NCBI GenBank assembly: GCA_963700635.1 | Contig: CAVOYH010000006.1 | Location: 118,013-182,012, forward strand | DNA from: an uncultured Bacteroidota bacterium | Lineage (GTDB): Bacteria > Bacteroidota > Ignavibacteria > UBA10030 > UBA6906 | Direction: 5' to 3' | Length of the DNA stretch: 64,000 bases | Shown: piece by piece, positions 60,281 to 64,000 of the stretch | How positions within the stretch are numbered: the first letter of the stretch is position 1 | Layout of the letters: the number at the start of each line of letters is the position of its first letter | The notes under the pieces: model-generated | The model's input: the letters and a program-made list of their open reading frames with translations, nothing else | Databases searched by the model: none | Told to the model about the DNA's origin: nothing | Translations under genes and position numbers: made by a program

Positions 60281-60604
60281 CTAGAACATCTCGCCCGTTG
60301 CTTTTGCCACGCGCATACGGCGCTTCTTGCCCGTGGTGTCGTCCTTGACCACGGCTGTACCAACGCGCGTGGGCTGGTTTTCTTTTGGATCCATAAGCAT
60401 CACGTTGGAAACGTGAATGGTTGCCTCGCGCTGGACAATGCCACCCTGCGGATTTTTCTGGCCCGGCCGTGTATGCCGTTTCATGATATTCACCCCCTCG
60501 ACAATAATCCGCTGCTTCTCGGGGTACACCTTCAGTACTTTGCCGGTCTTGCCGCGCGCGTTGCCGGCAATGACCATCACGGAGTCATTTTTCCTGATCT
60601 TCAT
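60281..60604 (-). CDS. rplX: 50S ribosomal protein L24
   Basis: VMVIAG..GKTGKV, VEGVN, IHVSNV. Confidence 0.96.
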   Translation of the reverse strand: MKIRKNDSVMVIAGNARGKTGKVLKVYPEKQRIIVEGVNIMKRHTRPGQKNPQGGIVQREATIHVSNVMLMDPKENQPTRVGTAVVKDDTTGKKRRMRVAKATGEMF

Positions 60605-60616
60605 CTGCTCTGTTCC

Positions 60617-60985
60617 TTATAACACTTCCGGTGCGAGGGAGACAATTTTCATGTACTGCCGCTCGCGAAGTTCACGGGCCACGGGACCGAAGATGCGGCT
60701 GCCGCGCGGTTCACCTGTTTCGTTGATAAGCACGGCCGCATTTTCGTCGAACCGGATGAACGAGCCATCCTTGCGCCGGGTTTCCTTTTTGGTCCGGACA
60801 ATCACCGCGCGGGCCACTTCGCCTTTTTTTACTGCGGCATTCGGGATGGCGGATTTCACCGAAACGACAATCAGGTCACCCAGACCCGCGTACCGCCGGT
60901 CCGAACCGCCGAGAACCCTGATACACCGGACTTTCTTGGCGCCGGAGTTGTCGGCCACTATAAGATTTGTTTCTTCCTGGATCAT
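60617..60985 (-). CDS. rplN: 50S ribosomal protein L14
   Basis: [24 protein letters not shown]. Confidence 0.98.
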   Translation of the reverse strand: MIQEETNLIVADNSGAKKVRCIRVLGGSDRRYAGLGDLIVVSVKSAIPNAAVKKGEVARAVIVRTKKETRRKDGSFIRFDENAAVLINETGEPRGSRIFGPVARELRERQYMKIVSLAPEVL

Positions 60986-61010
60986 GTGCGTTTACTCCGT
61001 GGGCGATAAC

Positions 61011-61298
61011 TCACTTGGCTTTTTCAAGAATTTCCACAAGCCGCCAGCGTTTCTGCTTGCTCAGCGGCCGCGTCTCCATGATCTTTACCGTGTCGCCGAT
61101 CCCCGCTTCCCTCTTCTCGTCGTGCACCATAAGTTTTGTGGTGCGCCGGTAGTATTTTTTGTACAGCGGATGGGGTACCCGTCGTTCGATGGTCACGAGG
61201 ATACTCTTCTCCATTTTTGTGCTCACCACCCTGCCCACACGGGTCTTACGGCGCGTGCTGCGGGGGGCGACAGTCTGTGGCGTTGCCTCAGGGGTCAT
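61011..61298 (-). CDS. rpsQ: 30S ribosomal protein S17
   Basis: [23 protein letters not shown]. Confidence 0.96.
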   Translation of the reverse strand: MTPEATPQTVAPRSTRRKTRVGRVVSTKMEKSILVTIERRVPHPLYKKYYRRTTKLMVHDEKREAGIGDTVKIMETRPLSKQKRWRLVEILEKAK

Positions 61299-61543
61299 GA
61301 CGTCTTCACCTCGGCGTTCTCGGTCTTCGTGGCCTGTCCGCTTTCAGGTACCGCGGCCTGCTCTTTCAGATGCAGAATAGTCCGGATCCGTGCGATATCC
61401 CTGCGGATCGTGCGGACGCGGATCGGACTTTCCAGCTGGCTGGTTGCAAGTTGGAAGCGGAGATTGCCCAGGCTTTCCTCTTCATCGGAAAGCCGGCGCT
61501 TCAGTTCTTCTATCGACAGATCTTTTAATTCTACAGCCTTCAT
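61295..61543 (-). CDS. rpmC: 50S ribosomal protein L29
   Basis: [17 protein letters not shown]. Confidence 0.95.
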   Translation of the reverse strand: MKAVELKDLSIEELKRRLSDEEESLGNLRFQLATSQLESPIRVRTIRRDIARIRTILHLKEQAAVPESGQATKTENAEVKTS

Positions 61544-61561
61544 ACGCTCTCCGTGTGAGGC

Positions 61562-61984
61562 TCAGGCGCCTTCAAGATCGGGCCTGATGCTGATTTTTGT
61601 CTTGATCGGCAGTTTGTGGGACGCCAGCGTGAGCGCCTTGATTGCCGTCTCCCGCGCTGTGCCGCCGACCTCAAACATCACCCGTCCGGGTTTTACGACT
61701 GCCACCCAGTATTCCGGGGCGCCCTTGCCTTTTCCCATACGGGTTTCCGCAGGCTTTTTTGTCACCGGCTTGTCCGGGAATATGCGGATCCAGATTTTCC
61801 CTTCACGTTTCATCATCCTGGTCAGGGTCACGCGGGCCGCTTCGATCTGACGCTGGGTGATCCAGCCGGGGGCGAGAGCCTTCAGCCCGAAGTCCCCGAA
61901 ATTAATCCGGTCGCCGCGCGTTGCCTTCCCGCGCATCCTTCCGCGTTGGGCCTTTCTGAATTTTACTCGTTTCGGCATCAACAT
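61562..61984 (-). CDS. rplP: 50S ribosomal protein L16
   Basis: MLMPKR, RQIEAAR, RMGKGKG. Confidence 0.97.
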   Translation of the reverse strand: MLMPKRVKFRKAQRGRMRGKATRGDRINFGDFGLKALAPGWITQRQIEAARVTLTRMMKREGKIWIRIFPDKPVTKKPAETRMGKGKGAPEYWVAVVKPGRVMFEVGGTARETAIKALTLASHKLPIKTKISIRPDLEGA

Positions 61985-62009
61985 GATCTGCTACTCCTGC
62001 TTGATCTGG

Positions 62010-62678
62010 TTACTGTCCGCGGCGGGGCGGTGGCTTCTCCATGCTCTGCTGGGCATCCAGGACTTCACCTTTGCAGATCCACACCTTTACGCCGATGGCA
62101 CCATAGATGGTCCGGGCCGTTGCGGTTGCATAATCAATATCGGCACGCAACGTATGCAGAGGAATCCGGCCTTCCTTGTACTGTTCGGTACGCGCCATTT
62201 CAGCGCCACCCAGACGTCCGGCACTCTTCACGCGCACACCTTCGGCACCCATGCGCATCGCCGCGGTGATGCCATTTTTCATCGCACGGCGGAATGCAAT
62301 CCGGCCTTCAAGTTGTTGTGCGATGTTTTCCGCCACGAGATAGGCATCCAGCTCCGGCCTCTTGATCTCGTTGATCAAAATCTTCACTTCTTTGTTCGTA
62401 ATCTTCTTGAGCTCTTCTTCAAGTTGCGAAATTTCTTTGCCGCTTCGTCCGATCACGATGCCCGGGCGGGATGTGTTGATCGTGATGACCGCACGTTTGG
62501 GTGTACGTTCAATCAGGATGCGCGAGATCCCCGCTTTTTTCAGCCGGTTCCGAACATAGTTGCGAATCGTCCGGTCTTCTTCCAGTTTGCTTGAGAACGA
62601 TTTCTCGTCGTACCAGTTGGAATCCCAGGAGCGGATAATACCCAGACGCAGACCGATCGGATGTGCTTTTTGTCCCAC
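62010..62678 (-). CDS. rpsC: 30S ribosomal protein S3
   Basis: [34 protein letters not shown]. Confidence 0.97.
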   Translation of the reverse strand: MGQKAHPIGLRLGIIRSWDSNWYDEKSFSSKLEEDRTIRNYVRNRLKKAGISRILIERTPKRAVITINTSRPGIVIGRSGKEISQLEEELKKITNKEVKILINEIKRPELDAYLVAENIAQQLEGRIAFRRAMKNGITAAMRMGAEGVRVKSAGRLGGAEMARTEQYKEGRIPLHTLRADIDYATATARTIYGAIGVKVWICKGEVLDAQQSMEKPPPRRGQ

Positions 62679-62700
62679 GATAACTCCTTACGTGTGTCGG

Positions 62701-63222
62701 TTACTTCGAATCCTGAGCTTTGGCACCTTTTTTCGGTGCTGTTTTTTTCGGCTCTGCTTTTTTTGCTGCCGGTTTTTTCGGAGCGACCGTTTTGGCTGCT
62801 GATTTTTTCGGAGCGGCCTCTTTTGCCGCCGGCTCTGCTGCCGTACTTTTTGTCCTGCCCGCCGGCGGCTTGACTGTCACCTGCTTCGGCGCCACGATGA
62901 TCGTGACATGATTCGAGCGCTTCCGCACGCGGAATGCACGACCCATCGGCGCGGGCAACACCCTCTTCATAAACATGCCGCTGTCCACAAATGCGGTCTT
63001 GATGATCATCTCTGCCGGCTCCAGCCGTCCCGAATCGTCCTTGTTCTGAAGATTGGAGACTGCAGAACGTAACACTTTCTCCGCCACCCGCGATGCATGC
63101 TTCGGGGAGAAGTGAAGAATATGGAGCGCTTCATCTACGGACTTCCCGCGGATCAAGTCAATCACCAGTCGCATCTTGCGCGGCGAGGTACCGACATATC
63201 TGTTGATGGCTCGAGCTTCCAT
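62701..63222 (-). CDS. rplV: 50S ribosomal protein L22 with Lys/Ala/Pro-rich tail
   Basis: SPRKMRLVIDLIRG, SAVSN, GRAFRVRKRSNH. Confidence 0.96.
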   Translation of the reverse strand: MEARAINRYVGTSPRKMRLVIDLIRGKSVDEALHILHFSPKHASRVAEKVLRSAVSNLQNKDDSGRLEPAEMIIKTAFVDSGMFMKRVLPAPMGRAFRVRKRSNHVTIIVAPKQVTVKPPAGRTKSTAAEPAAKEAAPKKSAAKTVAPKKPAAKKAEPKKTAPKKGAKAQDSK

Positions 63223-63228
63223 AAATGC

Positions 63229-63516
63229 TTATCCCGCCTTCGAGGTTTCTTCTTTCCTGACGCCCGGGTGACCCCGGAATAACCGCGTGGGAGAGAACTC
63301 TCCCAGCTTGTGCCCCACCATGCCTTCGTGCACGTACACGGGGATAAACTTGTTCCCGTTGTGCACCGCAAATGTATGCCCCACAAAGTCCGGTGTAATG
63401 GTAGAGGCACGCGACCAGGTCTTCACCACTTTTTTCTGGCTCGCCTTGTTCAATGCCGCAACCTGCTCTAGCAGCCGGATGCTTACGTACGGTCCTTTTT
63501 TCAGCGAACGGGCCAT
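63229..63516 (-). CDS. rpsS: 30S ribosomal protein S19
   Basis: [23 protein letters not shown]. Confidence 0.97.
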   Translation of the reverse strand: MARSLKKGPYVSIRLLEQVAALNKASQKKVVKTWSRASTITPDFVGHTFAVHNGNKFIPVYVHEGMVGHKLGEFSPTRLFRGHPGVRKEETSKAG

Positions 63517-63521
63517 AGCGC

Positions 63522-64000
63522 CTACTTCCTCCGTTTTACGATAAACTTGCTGGACGCCTTCTTGGTCTTACGCGTCTTCTTCCCCTTGGTGTGCCAGCCC
63601 CACGGAGAAACAGGATGCGGATTTCCCTGGGGAGACTTTCCTTCACCGCCGCCATGCGGATGATCCACGGGGTTCATCACAACACCACGCGACTGCGGAC
63701 GGATCCCCAGCCAGCGTGAACGGCCAGCCTTCCCGATGCTGAGGTTCTCGTGGTCGGCATTCCCCACTCCGCCGATTGTCGCCATACACTCCAGAGAGAT
63801 GCTCCGCACTTCGCCCGAGGGCATTTTTACCTGCGCAAGCTTCCCCTCCTTCGCCATCAACTGCACTGCGGCACCGGCACTGCGGGCAATCTGCGCACCT
63901 TTGCCAGGGCGTAATTCAATATTATGGACAAACGTGCCTGGCGGGATGTTGGCCAGAGGCATGGCGTTTCCGGGCCTGATTTCCGAGTCCGCTCCTGACC
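63522..64000 (-). CDS. rplB: 50S ribosomal protein L2 (3' part; runs off the window)
   Basis: [30 protein letters not shown]. Confidence 0.97.
   Translation of the reverse strand, partial: SGADSEIRPGNAMPLANIPPGTFVHNIELRPGKGAQIARSAGAAVQLMAKEGKLAQVKMPSGEVRSISLECMATIGGVGNADHENLSIGKAGRSRWLGIRPQSRGVVMNPVDHPHGGGEGKSPQGNPHPVSPWGWHTKGKKTRKTKKASSKFIVKRRK

Noticed and set aside
60417-61850. 477-aa plus-strand ORF and many other long antisense ORFs (e.g. 22137-23069, 32454-33464, 48241-49362)
   Set aside because: Shadows of well-supported genes on the opposite strand in GC-rich DNA; no motifs

Overview
A GC-rich, gene-dense chromosomal segment, almost all on the minus strand. It most likely comes from an FCB-group bacterium of the Ignavibacteria type (inference: T9SS/PorV components, bS22, 89-aa S14, no adk in the spc operon, yet canonical TTGACA-N17-TAnnnT promoters and strong Shine-Dalgarno sites). 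Left to right: YtxG/YtxH-like genes, bS22, a frameshifted Zn-ribbon/TPR gene, HU, sppA, a small heat-shock operon with a sigma54 promoter, IHF site and phased enhancer array, trxB, queG, an MBL hydrolase, a ferredoxin, a two-gene methionine synthase, a FabK/NMO flavoenzyme, a CxxS redoxin, nuoABCDEF running directly into dut/AI-2E/rsmI/TSUP, an acyl-CoA ligase, class II RNR, two thioredoxin-fold proteins, a MacAB-like module with no ATPase, a frameshifted long Lhr helicase, a methyltransferase, carA, a DnaA-box triplet, ssb, NHL and degenerate LmbE-like genes, a TonB-dependent receptor + T9SS cargo + PorV-like cassette, engB, and the alpha/spc/S10 ribosomal cluster with a tRNA-Gln inside it. 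I saw no mobile elements, prophage, CRISPR or rRNA. The best candidate for an undescribed system is the SusD-less TBDR/T9SS-cargo/PorV cassette. Other highlights are the hsp20 enhancer architecture, the intra-operon tRNA and the DnaA-box cluster. All family calls come from motif recognition by eye; no searches were run.
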